Below, piece after piece: positions 17,407 to 26,600 of a DNA stretch of 64,000 nt (position 1 is its first letter; every line of letters starts with the position of its first letter). A program made the position numbers and the translations under genes. The notes beneath the pieces were generated by a model. The model was given only the letters and a program-made list of their open reading frames with translations, ran no database searches and had not been told where the DNA came from. This DNA comes from Candidatus Iainarchaeum sp. (GTDB lineage Archaea; Iainarchaeota; Iainarchaeia; Iainarchaeales; JAGVWC01). Location: contig JAGVWC010000012.1 in NCBI GenBank assembly GCA_018304465.1, positions 32,001 through 96,000 of the forward strand, read 5' to 3'.

Positions 17407-17702
17407 AGGGTCACCTTTTGTTTGCATATTTGCCAGAACACGGCGTACAATAGGGGAATCGTGAGGAAAAACAGGAGTGCTTCGACGGGAATGCCGCCGA
17501 TGAGAAATCCGCTCGACGCAATGGAATTGTATTGGAGGATTCCAAGGTTTAACACCCAGTATTCGAGCGCGAGAAAAATACTTCCGGAAAGCAATGCCGT
17601 GACGATGGTTTTTCCCCAGTGCAAGCGGGGTTTGAAGTATCCGACCAGTAATAGGACCAGTCCGACGATTACGGCGAGGTATCTGAAATATTCGAAGGCC
17701 AT
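17403..17702 (-). CDS. Lycopene cyclase domain-containing membrane protein (CrtYc-like)
   Basis: Three TMs with G..QY......G..IGGIPVEALLFFLTIP, matching the membrane lycopene cyclase GxPxEExxFF pattern. Confidence 0.65.
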   Translation of the reverse strand: MAFEYFRYLAVIVGLVLLLVGYFKPRLHWGKTIVTALLSGSIFLALEYWVLNLGILQYNSIASSGFLIGGIPVEALLFFLTIPLLYAVFWQICKQKVTL

Positions 17703-17790
17703 TTCGCAAAACAATGGTCTTTGAAGAATTTAAAGGAAACGGCAAAAAACGGTCTGGTTTTTATGCATCAAAAACGTTGGTTTAACCGGT

Positions 17791-18570
17791 ATGGAAAATC
17801 GAATCGTTTCATTGGCGCCAAGCAACACGGAGATTTTGTTCGGATTGGGCAAGGGCGCGGACATCGTCGGAGTCACGGCGTTTTGTGATTATCCCGAAGA
17901 AGCGAAATTGATTCCGAAAGTGGGGTCGTGGACGAAAGTGGACATGAAGAAGATCTCGGTGTTGCAGCCGGATTTGTGCGCGACTTCGACTTTTGTGCAA
18001 AAACCGATCGCCGACGAATTGGAGCAAAAAGGGTTTTCGGTGTTTCACGCGAATCCGAACGGGTTGGAAGACGTGTTCGCGAGCGTGGAAGCACTGGCTC
18101 GTCGAACGGGAGTGTCTGAAAAAGGCAAAGCGTTGGCGGATGGAATGCGAATCGGAATGAGTGAAATTGGTTTTTTGCGCGAGACCGATACGGTGCAGCC
18201 GAGCCTGTTTGTGTTGGAGTGGAATAATCCGTTGACGGTGTCGGGGAATTGGGTTCCGGAAATGGTGGAAATTGCGGGAGCGGTTCCGGTGCTTGCCCGG
18301 AAAGGAAAACCGAGTTTGTCCGTGACGACCGACCAGTTGATTGATGCAAACCCCGATTTGATCGTGGTGTCGTTGTGCGGTCGCGGAATCAAGGCGGATC
18401 CGAACAAAGTGTTTTACAACAAGGAGTTGCAGCGTCTCGGCGCGTTCAAGTCCAAATCCGTGTACGTGGTGGATGACTCATTGTTGAATCGACCCGGACC
18501 GCGTTTGGTGGAAGGGCTTTCCAAACTAACGGAGTGCATTGACGACTGGAAACAGCGCAGCTTCGGTTGA
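17791..18570 (+). CDS. Cobalamin/Fe-siderophore ABC substrate-binding protein (BtuF-like)
   Basis: RIVSLAPSNTEILF, IVGVTAFCDYP, GNWVPEMVEIAG, NPDLIV, NRPGPRLVEG. Confidence 0.88.
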   Translation: MENRIVSLAPSNTEILFGLGKGADIVGVTAFCDYPEEAKLIPKVGSWTKVDMKKISVLQPDLCATSTFVQKPIADELEQKGFSVFHANPNGLEDVFASVEALARRTGVSEKGKALADGMRIGMSEIGFLRETDTVQPSLFVLEWNNPLTVSGNWVPEMVEIAGAVPVLARKGKPSLSVTTDQLIDANPDLIVVSLCGRGIKADPNKVFYNKELQRLGAFKSKSVYVVDDSLLNRPGPRLVEGLSKLTECIDDWKQRSFG

Positions 18571-18589
18571 CTTCAACATAACAAAACCG

Positions 18590-18597
18590 TTATAAAG
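18590..18597 (+). promoter_or_regulatory. Putative TATA box
   Basis: TTATAAAG with an A-rich BRE-like stretch upstream, 23-30 nt before ATG 18620. Confidence 0.5.
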
Positions 18598-18619
18598 TCG
18601 TACAGCGTTCTTCTACTAT

Positions 18620-18688
18620 ATGATCGATATCTTACTGTATCTGGTCATTGCGGCCCTGTTGTATTGGGTCTGGAAATACAAACGGTGA
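18620..18688 (+). CDS. 22-aa single-TM microprotein (not in the ORF track)
   Basis: MIDILLYLVIAALLYWVWKYKR*: hydrophobic helix with a basic tail, positioned for leaderless translation after the TATA box. Confidence 0.6.
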   Translation: MIDILLYLVIAALLYWVWKYKR

Positions 18689-18695
18689 GTCCCCC

Positions 18696-18929
18696 ATGGG
18701 AATGACGGAAAATTTTTTCTCGTACCTGATGAAAATTTTTACGGCTTCCATCAAGGGTTTTGTGGCTTTCCTTTTTTTTGTTTTTTCCGCCGGAATGCTG
18801 TTTGGTTTGTTCATCAGCCGGTTTGATCCCGTGTTTTTGTTTTTGCCGCCGCTTTTGGGTTTGGTGTCATATTATAACGAAAAAGTGGCGATTTTGGCGT
18901 TTGTGTTGCTTTTGCTCATTTTTATCTGA
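18696..18929 (+). CDS. Small hypothetical membrane protein
   Basis: GGTGAG RBS then ATG at 18696; 77 aa, strongly hydrophobic. Confidence 0.7.
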   Translation: MGMTENFFSYLMKIFTASIKGFVAFLFFVFSAGMLFGLFISRFDPVFLFLPPLLGLVSYYNEKVAILAFVLLLLIFI

Positions 18930-19151
18930 GACGGATTCGTAAAAGAATGCGGTTTTCGGATAGTGAGGCGGAGTAGCTCAATTTTTGGAAAATGGCCGAA
19001 CAATTTATATTCTTTTCCCAGACAATTAATTGTATATTGATTCTAGCATGTGCTAGGGTTTCGTATCGATTTTTTTGGGTTCTGGGAACAATGGTAACTG
19101 AGTAAAAATCAGTGACCACCGTGCAATCCAAGAAGTCGAATTGCTTTCGCG

Positions 19152-19394
19152 GTGTTTGGTGTGGCGTTTCGGTTAATCGATAATTATTTGGTTCCAAAGC
19201 ATGAAATCGTTCCAAAGGAACAAATCGAAGAACTATTGAAGAAACTTGCAACGGATTCCAAAAAGCTTCCAAAACTTCTTCCCGACGACCCCATTGTGAC
19301 TGAAATCGGGGCAAAGCCGGGTGATATCATCAAAATTGACCGCTTCAGCCATACGGCTGGAAAAAGCGTGTATTATCGTTTAGTGGAGCAATAA
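19152..19394 (+). CDS. rpoH: RNA polymerase subunit Rpo5 (H); start may be the GTG at 19161
   Basis: LVPKHEI, LPKLLPDDPIV, GDIIKIDRFSHTAGKSVYYRLV; first gene of the rpo operon. Confidence 0.95.
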   Translation: MFGVAFRLIDNYLVPKHEIVPKEQIEELLKKLATDSKKLPKLLPDDPIVTEIGAKPGDIIKIDRFSHTAGKSVYYRLVEQ

Positions 19395-19408
19395 GTGGGG
19401 TTGAATCG

Positions 19409-20887
19409 ATGAAACAAAAGATTTCGCACTGGCCGTTAATCGAATCCTATTTTGCAGAGCGGACGATCGCCAAACAGGAAGTTGATTCGTTCAACCAGTT
19501 TTTGGATCAAAAGTTATCCGAAATCGTTGAAGAAAACAAAACCGTTACCCCAAAAATCGAAGAAGTAAAAATCGAATTTTCAAATATTGAAGTTTTTTCT
19601 CCGCGCATCGTTGAAGCCGACGGTTCTCCGCGTGCCAGTTTTTTTCCCATGGAAGCCCGCATTCGAAACCGAACGTACGCGGGACCGATTTTTTTAACGA
19701 TGAAATTGTTGCGCCGCGATGTCGAACAAGACGTCAAGCACGCGTACATCGGAGACATGCCGATCATGGTCAAATCCGGCAAATGTTGGTTGAACGGAAA
19801 AACAAATGATGAACTCGTCGAAATGGGCGAGGATCCGATGGACTTCGGGGGATATTTTATCGTGAACGGATCGGAAAAAGCCTTGATGACCCAGGAAGTC
19901 TTGGCGTCCGATCGGGTGATTATTTCGGAGAAAACCGAGGAAAAAGTTTCGGCGGAAGTCATTTCGACGCGCGGCGCCTTCAAGGGACGCGTGCGCATCA
20001 TGCGAACCGCGGACGGAATGCTGGGCGTCACGTTTCCCGCGTCTCCGCGAAAATTACGCTTGTTCGTATTGTTAAAAGCCCTGGGTTTGAAAAGCCGAAA
20101 AGATTTGATGGAAGCGTTTCCGGATGAAATGGAAATCCAAAACGACGTTTTGGTGAACCTTGAAAATACTCCGGTAAAAGACCAGGAAGAAGCATTGGAC
20201 CGGATCGGAAAGTTCGTGGCGCCAGGACAAGTCATTGATTATCGTTTGAAACGCGCGCAAGAAGTCATTGACGCGTTTTTGTTGCCGCACATCGGCCAGA
20301 CCCAGGAATCGCGTCTTGCGAAAGCCTATTATCTGGTGATGATGGCGACCAAAGCCATGGAACGCGCGTATAACCTGCGCGAAGAAGACGACAAAGACCA
20401 TTACGTGAACAAGCGATTGGAGTTGTCCGGAAAGCTCATGGAGCACTTGTTTCGATACAGCTTCAAGTATTTTATCAAGGATTTGACGTTCCAGATCGAC
20501 CGCACGATTACACGGCGCAGAAAACTGAATATTTCAACCGTCGTTCGACCCGGCGCGATTACGGAACGGATTAAATTCGCGATGTCGACCGGAAACTGGA
20601 TCGGTCGCGCGACAGGCGTTTCAAAATTCATGGACCGCACGAATTATTTGTCCCCGTTAACGGATCTGCGAAAAGTAAAGTCGCCGCTGGACAAAAACCG
20701 CGAGTTGTACGAGGCCCGCGATGTGCACGGAACCCACTGGGGTCGCTTGTGCCCGATCGAAACCCCGGACGGACCCATGTGTGGACTCGTCAAAAACCTG
20801 GCGCTGCTCTCCGAAGTCACAACGGAAACCAGCGAAGAACCCGTCGAAAAAATGTTGTTGCGCATGGGCGTTTCATTGAAGAAGTGA
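19409..20887 (+). CDS. rpoB2: RNA polymerase subunit Rpo2 N-terminal part (B'')
   Basis: PMEARIRNRTY, GGYFIVNGSEK, ARDVHGTHWGRLCPIETPDGPMCGLVKNLA. Confidence 0.97.
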   Translation: MKQKISHWPLIESYFAERTIAKQEVDSFNQFLDQKLSEIVEENKTVTPKIEEVKIEFSNIEVFSPRIVEADGSPRASFFPMEARIRNRTYAGPIFLTMKLLRRDVEQDVKHAYIGDMPIMVKSGKCWLNGKTNDELVEMGEDPMDFGGYFIVNGSEKALMTQEVLASDRVIISEKTEEKVSAEVISTRGAFKGRVRIMRTADGMLGVTFPASPRKLRLFVLLKALGLKSRKDLMEAFPDEMEIQNDVLVNLENTPVKDQEEALDRIGKFVAPGQVIDYRLKRAQEVIDAFLLPHIGQTQESRLAKAYYLVMMATKAMERAYNLREEDDKDHYVNKRLELSGKLMEHLFRYSFKYFIKDLTFQIDRTITRRRKLNISTVVRPGAITERIKFAMSTGNWIGRATGVSKFMDRTNYLSPLTDLRKVKSPLDKNRELYEARDVHGTHWGRLCPIETPDGPMCGLVKNLALLSEVTTETSEEPVEKMLLRMGVSLKK

Positions 20888-20900
20888 GGATGAAAGGATT

Positions 20901-22727
20901 ATGGCAAAGCAAGGAAAGGTTTACATTAACGGTCGCTTCATCGGATTCCATAACAATCCCGAGAAAGTCACGCGAGACCTTATTGGCGCGCGCCGCGAAG
21001 GAAAAATCGATCCGATTGTAAACGTCGCGTTTCACGGGGACACCAACGAAGTGTACATCAATACCGATGCGGGTCGCGTGCAACGCCCCTTGATCGTGGT
21101 GGAAAACGGAAAATCTTTGCTTACCGAAGACTTGGTTAAACAAGTCACGGACAAAAAACTCACTTGGAAAGACTTGGTCGCCAAGGGAATTATCGAATAC
21201 CTGGACGCCGAAGAAGAAGAAAACACATTAGTGGCCGTGTCCGAACCCGAACTGAACAAGAATCACACGCACTTGGAAGTCGATGGCGCCGCGATTTTTT
21301 CGATCGTGACCGGGATGATTCCGTATGTCACGCACAATATGGCCGGAAAATCCTTGCACGGGGCCAAGATGTTTAAGCAAGCATTGGGTTTCGGAGCTTC
21401 GAATCTCGCGATCCGAACCGATACCGAATCGTACATGCTGCAGTATCCTCAAAAACACATGATCAAAACCAAGGTCATGGATTTGATCGGAATGGCCAAG
21501 CGACCGCAAGTCATTAACATGGTGGTCGCGATTTTGCCGTACCGCGGATTCAATATGTTGGACGCCGTGGTATTGAACAAAGGCGCCGTTGAACGCGGAA
21601 TGGGCCGCGCGTTGTATTACCGCAATTACGAGTCTTTTGAAAACCGCTATCCCGGCGGACAAAAAGACCAGTTTGAACGCCCGACCGAAGAAACCGTCGG
21701 ATTCATGGGTGAAGAATATTACAAGCACATCGGCGAAGACGGTTTGCCCGAATTGGAAACCGTGTTGAAGGAAAAAGCCGTTGTGATCGGAAAAACCTCG
21801 CCGCCGCGTTTTTTGGAAGAAATCAACGAATTCGGTGTCGTCAAGGAAAAACGACGCGAGTCCTCGATTCTTTCTCGTAAAGGAAAATCCGGAATCGTCG
21901 ACAAAGTCGTGATCACGGAAGACGAAGCCGGAAACAAGCTTGTGAAGGTGAAAGTCCGAAGCGAAATGACCCCTGAATTGGGAGACAAGTTTTCGTCGCG
22001 CCACGGACAAAAAGGAGTCATCGGAGCGATTGTTGCCGAAGAAGACATGCCGTTTTCGGAAGACGGCGTGCGACCCGATTTGATTTTAAATCCGCACTCG
22101 GTACCAAGCCGTATGACCGTTGGTCACTTGCTTGAAATGCTGGGCGGAAAAGCGTATAGCGTCAGCCCGGAAACCCCGGATGGATTGGACGGAACGCCGT
22201 TCGAAGAAGTTCCGTACGAAGAACTCAAGGATATGCTTAAAGCCCGCGGATTCAGAAGCGATGGAAAAGAAACGTTTTACGACGGAGTCACCGGAGAAAA
22301 ACTCGAAGGAGAATTGTTCGTCGGAGTCGTCGGATACCAGCGATTGTTCCACATGGTCTCGCACAAACTGCAGGCCCGCTCGCGCGGACCCGTCCAGATT
22401 TTGACGCGCCAGCCAACCGAAGGAAAAGAAAAGGAAGGCGGTTTGCGATTCGGAGAAATGGAAGGCGAAACCCTGGTCGGTCACGGAGCCGCGATGCTTT
22501 TGCACGAAAAACTTATTGACGATTCGGACAAAACCGTCGAGCTCGTGTGCGAAAAATGCGGAATCATCGGAATCAACGACCAGATTCGCAACAAGAAGTA
22601 TTGCCCGGTGTGCAACGGCAGCAGAGTATACCCGGTCGAAATGACGTACAGCTTCAAGTTGTTGCTCGATGAATTGAAAGCGTTGGGAATCCTGCCCCGA
22701 ATCGTTTTGCGGGACAAGGTGCAGTGA
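20901..22727 (+). CDS. rpoB1: RNA polymerase subunit Rpo2 C-terminal part (B')
   Basis: GDKFSSRHGQKG, NPHSVPSRMTVG, GGLRFGEME, C-terminal Zn ribbon. Confidence 0.97.
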   Translation: MAKQGKVYINGRFIGFHNNPEKVTRDLIGARREGKIDPIVNVAFHGDTNEVYINTDAGRVQRPLIVVENGKSLLTEDLVKQVTDKKLTWKDLVAKGIIEYLDAEEEENTLVAVSEPELNKNHTHLEVDGAAIFSIVTGMIPYVTHNMAGKSLHGAKMFKQALGFGASNLAIRTDTESYMLQYPQKHMIKTKVMDLIGMAKRPQVINMVVAILPYRGFNMLDAVVLNKGAVERGMGRALYYRNYESFENRYPGGQKDQFERPTEETVGFMGEEYYKHIGEDGLPELETVLKEKAVVIGKTSPPRFLEEINEFGVVKEKRRESSILSRKGKSGIVDKVVITEDEAGNKLVKVKVRSEMTPELGDKFSSRHGQKGVIGAIVAEEDMPFSEDGVRPDLILNPHSVPSRMTVGHLLEMLGGKAYSVSPETPDGLDGTPFEEVPYEELKDMLKARGFRSDGKETFYDGVTGEKLEGELFVGVVGYQRLFHMVSHKLQARSRGPVQILTRQPTEGKEKEGGLRFGEMEGETLVGHGAAMLLHEKLIDDSDKTVELVCEKCGIIGINDQIRNKKYCPVCNGSRVYPVEMTYSFKLLLDELKALGILPRIVLRDKVQ

Positions 22728-22738
22728 GGGATCTTGAC

Positions 22739-25354
22739 ATGTTGATGAAAAAAATTGCGGCGATTGAATTCAACGTGCTTTCACCGGAACAAATCCGGAA
22801 GATGAGCGCGCTTGAAATCAAGACCCCGGAAACGTACGATAAAGACGGGTACCCCATGGAAGGCGGTCTGATGGATCCGCATCTTGGTGTTATCAATCCC
22901 GGTTTGCGCTGTAAAACCTGCGGTCAACGCATGAAAGATTGTCCCGGTCACTTCGGATCATTGGAAATGGTTCGACCCGTGGTTCATCCCGAATTTTCGC
23001 GAAAACTCGAGGAACTCATGCATTCGTCCTGCCAATCGTGCGGTCGCATCGTGATTTCGGAAGACAAACTCAAGGTGTACGAGCAAGAATTGAAAGACAA
23101 TCCCCAAGCGGATGTCACCAAACGCATTTTGGCGAAAGCGAAAAAAATCACCAAGTGTCCGCATTGCGGAACGGGAAAAGGAACCGTTATTTTGGACCGT
23201 CCGACCAACTTTTATTTGAACAAGGAACGCATCTATCCGACGCAGATCCGCGAATGGGTTGAAAAAGTGCCGGATTCGGATTTGCGATTGATGAGCTACG
23301 ATTCCGAAAAAGTCCGACCCGAATGGTTCGTCATGACGGTGCTTGGAATTCCCCCCATTACGATTCGTCCCTCGATTACGCTTGAATCCGGAATCAAGTC
23401 CGAAGACGACTTGACGCACAAGCTCGTGGATATTGTCCGCATTAACGATCGGTTGCGCGATAACATCGAAGCCGGCGCGCCCCAGTTGATCATCGAAGAC
23501 TTGTGGGATTTGCTTCAGTATCACTTAACCACGTATTTTGACAACAACACCGCGGGTGTTCCCCCGGCAAAACACCGGTCCGGACGCGCCTTGCGAACGA
23601 TTGTTCAGCGATTGAAAGGAAAAAAAGGCCGTTTCAGATACAATTTGACGGGAAAACGCGTCAATTTTGCGGCACGGTCCACGATTTCGCCCGATCCGTA
23701 TCTTTCGATTAACGAAGTGGGAATTCCCGAAACCATCGCCCACGAATTAACGGTTCCCGAATACGTGACCGAATGGAACCGTAAAAAAATCGAGGAATTA
23801 ATCAAAAAAACCGACAAGGTCGTGTATTTGGTTCGCCCGAATGGAGTGCGAAAAAAAGTGACCGAAGAAAACCGCGAAGACGTTCTCAAGGAACTCGACG
23901 CGGGATTTCGGATCGAACGCCAGTTGATGGACGGCGATATTGTCGTGTTCAACCGACAGCCGTCGTTGCACCGCTTGTCCATGATGGGTCATCGCGCGCG
24001 CATCATGCCGAACAAAACCATCCGCATGAATCCGATCGTGTGTAAGCCGTACAATGCGGACTTTGACGGAGACGAAATGAACCTGCATGTCCCGCAGACC
24101 GAAGAAGGAAAAACCGAAGCGGAACAATTGATGCTGGTTCAAAAACAGATTATTTCGCCGCGTTTTGGCGCACCCGTGATCACGTTTGAAGAAGACGGAA
24201 TTTCAGGCGCCTTTTTGCTGACGTTTCCAACCACGCGTTTTACCCGAAAACAAATGATGCAAATGCTTTACAACGCGGGGTTAACGGATTTGCCCGCGCC
24301 GGACGCCGGAAAAGAATACACCGGAAAAGTCATTTTTTCGGAATTGTTACCCGCCGGAATCGATTTGGAATACGAGAGTTTCACGCACAAAAACCTTGAA
24401 AAAGCGGGGTTTTTTGAGAAGGAATCCGACAAAGCCAAGTTTGATACCGTGGTCAAAATAAAGGATTCAAAACTTTTGGCCGGAATCATTGACGCGGAGT
24501 CGCTTGGAGAAGGACGCGGAAAACTCGTGGATTTCCTCGCGCGCGAATATCCACCGGAAATCATTGAAAAGTTTTACATGCAAACCAGCCGCGTGGTCAT
24601 CGAACTCTTGACCATGAAAGGATTGACGGTGGGTTTGGACGAATACGAAACAACCAAAGACACCATGAAAATCCATCAAAAAGCAGTCGAAGAAGAAATG
24701 GAAGAAACCGCGGAAACCGTGAAAAAATTCGAAAAGAAAACATTGGATCACATTCCGGGCCGCAGTTTGCAGGAAAGCTTTGAAATTTACATGATGCGAA
24801 CGGCCGCGAAAGTCAAGAAAAAAGTGGAAAGCCAGATCATGCGCGAGAAAATCGATGAAATGTTCCACTCGCCGTACCCGAAATACAACTCAACGGTTAT
24901 GATCCTGGCCAAGTCGCGCGGTTCTTCGTTAAACCTCGTGAATATTTCAGGAATGTGGGGCCAGGCCGCCGTCCGTGAAGGACGCCCGCGCCGCGGATTC
25001 AAAGCCCGACTCATCACCAGCAATCGTCCCGGAGACGTAGGCGCGCTTGCGGGCGGATTCATTCAGTCGAATTTCATGGAAGGACTCAACCCGAAAGAGT
25101 TTTTCTATCACTCGATGGGTGGACGCCAGGGAGAAGTCGATACGGGTGTCGCAACCAAAGTATCCGGTTATTTGTACCGCCGATTGGCCAATTCGCTTAA
25201 AGATCTCGTCGTGGTCGAAGACGGATCGGTGCGAACCGCCGCGAATAACCTGATTCAGTTCAAGTACGGAGAAGACGGCGTGTTCCCCGGAAAAGCAAAT
25301 CACACGAAAAGCGTGGATGTCCGCAAAGAATACAAGCGGTTTTTCAAGAAATGA
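22739..25354 (+). CDS. rpoA1: RNA polymerase subunit Rpo1 N-terminal part (A')
   Basis: CKTC...CPGHFG Zn site, FNRQPSLHR, catalytic YNADFDGDEMNLH. Confidence 0.97.
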   Translation: MLMKKIAAIEFNVLSPEQIRKMSALEIKTPETYDKDGYPMEGGLMDPHLGVINPGLRCKTCGQRMKDCPGHFGSLEMVRPVVHPEFSRKLEELMHSSCQSCGRIVISEDKLKVYEQELKDNPQADVTKRILAKAKKITKCPHCGTGKGTVILDRPTNFYLNKERIYPTQIREWVEKVPDSDLRLMSYDSEKVRPEWFVMTVLGIPPITIRPSITLESGIKSEDDLTHKLVDIVRINDRLRDNIEAGAPQLIIEDLWDLLQYHLTTYFDNNTAGVPPAKHRSGRALRTIVQRLKGKKGRFRYNLTGKRVNFAARSTISPDPYLSINEVGIPETIAHELTVPEYVTEWNRKKIEELIKKTDKVVYLVRPNGVRKKVTEENREDVLKELDAGFRIERQLMDGDIVVFNRQPSLHRLSMMGHRARIMPNKTIRMNPIVCKPYNADFDGDEMNLHVPQTEEGKTEAEQLMLVQKQIISPRFGAPVITFEEDGISGAFLLTFPTTRFTRKQMMQMLYNAGLTDLPAPDAGKEYTGKVIFSELLPAGIDLEYESFTHKNLEKAGFFEKESDKAKFDTVVKIKDSKLLAGIIDAESLGEGRGKLVDFLAREYPPEIIEKFYMQTSRVVIELLTMKGLTVGLDEYETTKDTMKIHQKAVEEEMEETAETVKKFEKKTLDHIPGRSLQESFEIYMMRTAAKVKKKVESQIMREKIDEMFHSPYPKYNSTVMILAKSRGSSLNLVNISGMWGQAAVREGRPRRGFKARLITSNRPGDVGALAGGFIQSNFMEGLNPKEFFYHSMGGRQGEVDTGVATKVSGYLYRRLANSLKDLVVVEDGSVRTAANNLIQFKYGEDGVFPGKANHTKSVDVRKEYKRFFKK

Positions 25355-25372
25355 AAGAGAGACGGTGAAAAA

Positions 25373-26599
25373 ATGGCAAAGAAAGAAAAAGAACCAGCAA
25401 AGGAAAAACCCGCGCAAGAAACGGGAACGGTTACCGTTGAACAGCCGATTGAAGAGCCCTCGCGCCCGCTGATTACCGGAATGGAAGGACTTCCGAAAAA
25501 CATCGTGGATGAATTGTTTGTCGTGATCGATGAAAACAAATTAAGCGATTCGGATTCCAAGAAATTCATCAAGCACGTGGGCAAGAAATATTATGCCATG
25601 GTCGTGGAACCCGGCGAAGCCGTTGGAATCATCGCCGCGCAGTCCTTGGGAGAACCCGGAACCCAGTTGACGTTGCGAACCAAGCACTTTGCGGGTGCCG
25701 CTGAAGTGTCGGTTGGAAGCGGAATCCAGCGAATGGAAGAAATCGTGGACGGCCGAAGCAAAGCACGGTATCCCACCATGACGATTTATTTGGGCGAAGA
25801 AATTCGCAAAAATCGGGACGAATCCGACAAGTTTTCAAAGTCGTTAATCGACGTGCGAATCGGCGATGTCGTCAAGATCTCGGAAAACCTGACCGAAAAC
25901 CGCGTGGTGTTCCAGCCGGACGAAGAAGCGTTAAGCGAACGGGGAATCGACAAGAAAGAACTGTTTGAAAAAATCGAAAAACAATTGAAAGCAAAGGGAA
26001 CATCCAAGAAAAACGGGTTGGAATTCGCGTTCGGAAAAGAGCCTTTGTTAAAAGTGCGCCGAAGCGTGCTCAAAACCCTTGCGACCCGCAGCCAAGGCGT
26101 ACGCGGAATCGACAAGACGATTCTGGTCCAAGAAAACGGCGAATTCGTCGTGAAAACCAGCGGAACCAATCTAAAGGCGATTTTGAAAATGCTCGAGATC
26201 GATCCGGTGCGCACGACCACCAACGACGTCAAGGAAATTTCAAAAGTGCTGGGAATCGAAGCGGGCCGCCAGGCGATCGTCAACGAGCTTTACAAGAATC
26301 TGAAAGACAACGGAATCGCCGTTGACATCCGTCACATCATGGTGCTTGCGGATCTCATGACGTTTGACGGCGAAATCCGCGGAATCGTCCGGACGGGAAT
26401 CACCAAGATGAAAGAATCCCCGTTTGCGCGCGCGGCGTTTGAAGAAACCACCAAACATCTGTTGGACGCGGCGTTCAAGGGCGAAAAAGACTTTTTAACC
26501 GGTGTGGTTGAGAATATCATTGTGGGCCAACCCATCAAAGTGGGAACCGGCCGCGTCGAATTGATGATGAAACCCATCGACAAGAAAAAGGTGAAATGA
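25373..26599 (+). CDS. rpoA2: RNA polymerase subunit Rpo1 C-terminal part (A'')
   Basis: [50 protein letters not shown]. Confidence 0.96.
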   Translation: MAKKEKEPAKEKPAQETGTVTVEQPIEEPSRPLITGMEGLPKNIVDELFVVIDENKLSDSDSKKFIKHVGKKYYAMVVEPGEAVGIIAAQSLGEPGTQLTLRTKHFAGAAEVSVGSGIQRMEEIVDGRSKARYPTMTIYLGEEIRKNRDESDKFSKSLIDVRIGDVVKISENLTENRVVFQPDEEALSERGIDKKELFEKIEKQLKAKGTSKKNGLEFAFGKEPLLKVRRSVLKTLATRSQGVRGIDKTILVQENGEFVVKTSGTNLKAILKMLEIDPVRTTTNDVKEISKVLGIEAGRQAIVNELYKNLKDNGIAVDIRHIMVLADLMTFDGEIRGIVRTGITKMKESPFARAAFEETTKHLLDAAFKGEKDFLTGVVENIIVGQPIKVGTGRVELMMKPIDKKKVK

Positions 26600-26600
26600 A

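Noticed and set aside
17407-17745. N-terminal half of the 224-aa ORF 17071..17745
   Set aside because: Overlaps the upstream cyclase-domain gene in another frame; the real start is probably the ATG at 17406.
18967-18990. tRNA-like 5' fragment GGCGGAGTAGCTCAA
   Set aside because: No anticodon arm, T-arm or complementary acceptor strand nearby; too short to distinguish from chance.
19409-26599. Split rpoB and rpoA as a novelty, or inteins in RNAP subunits
   Set aside because: Split subunits are well known in archaea, and subunit lengths leave no room for inteins.
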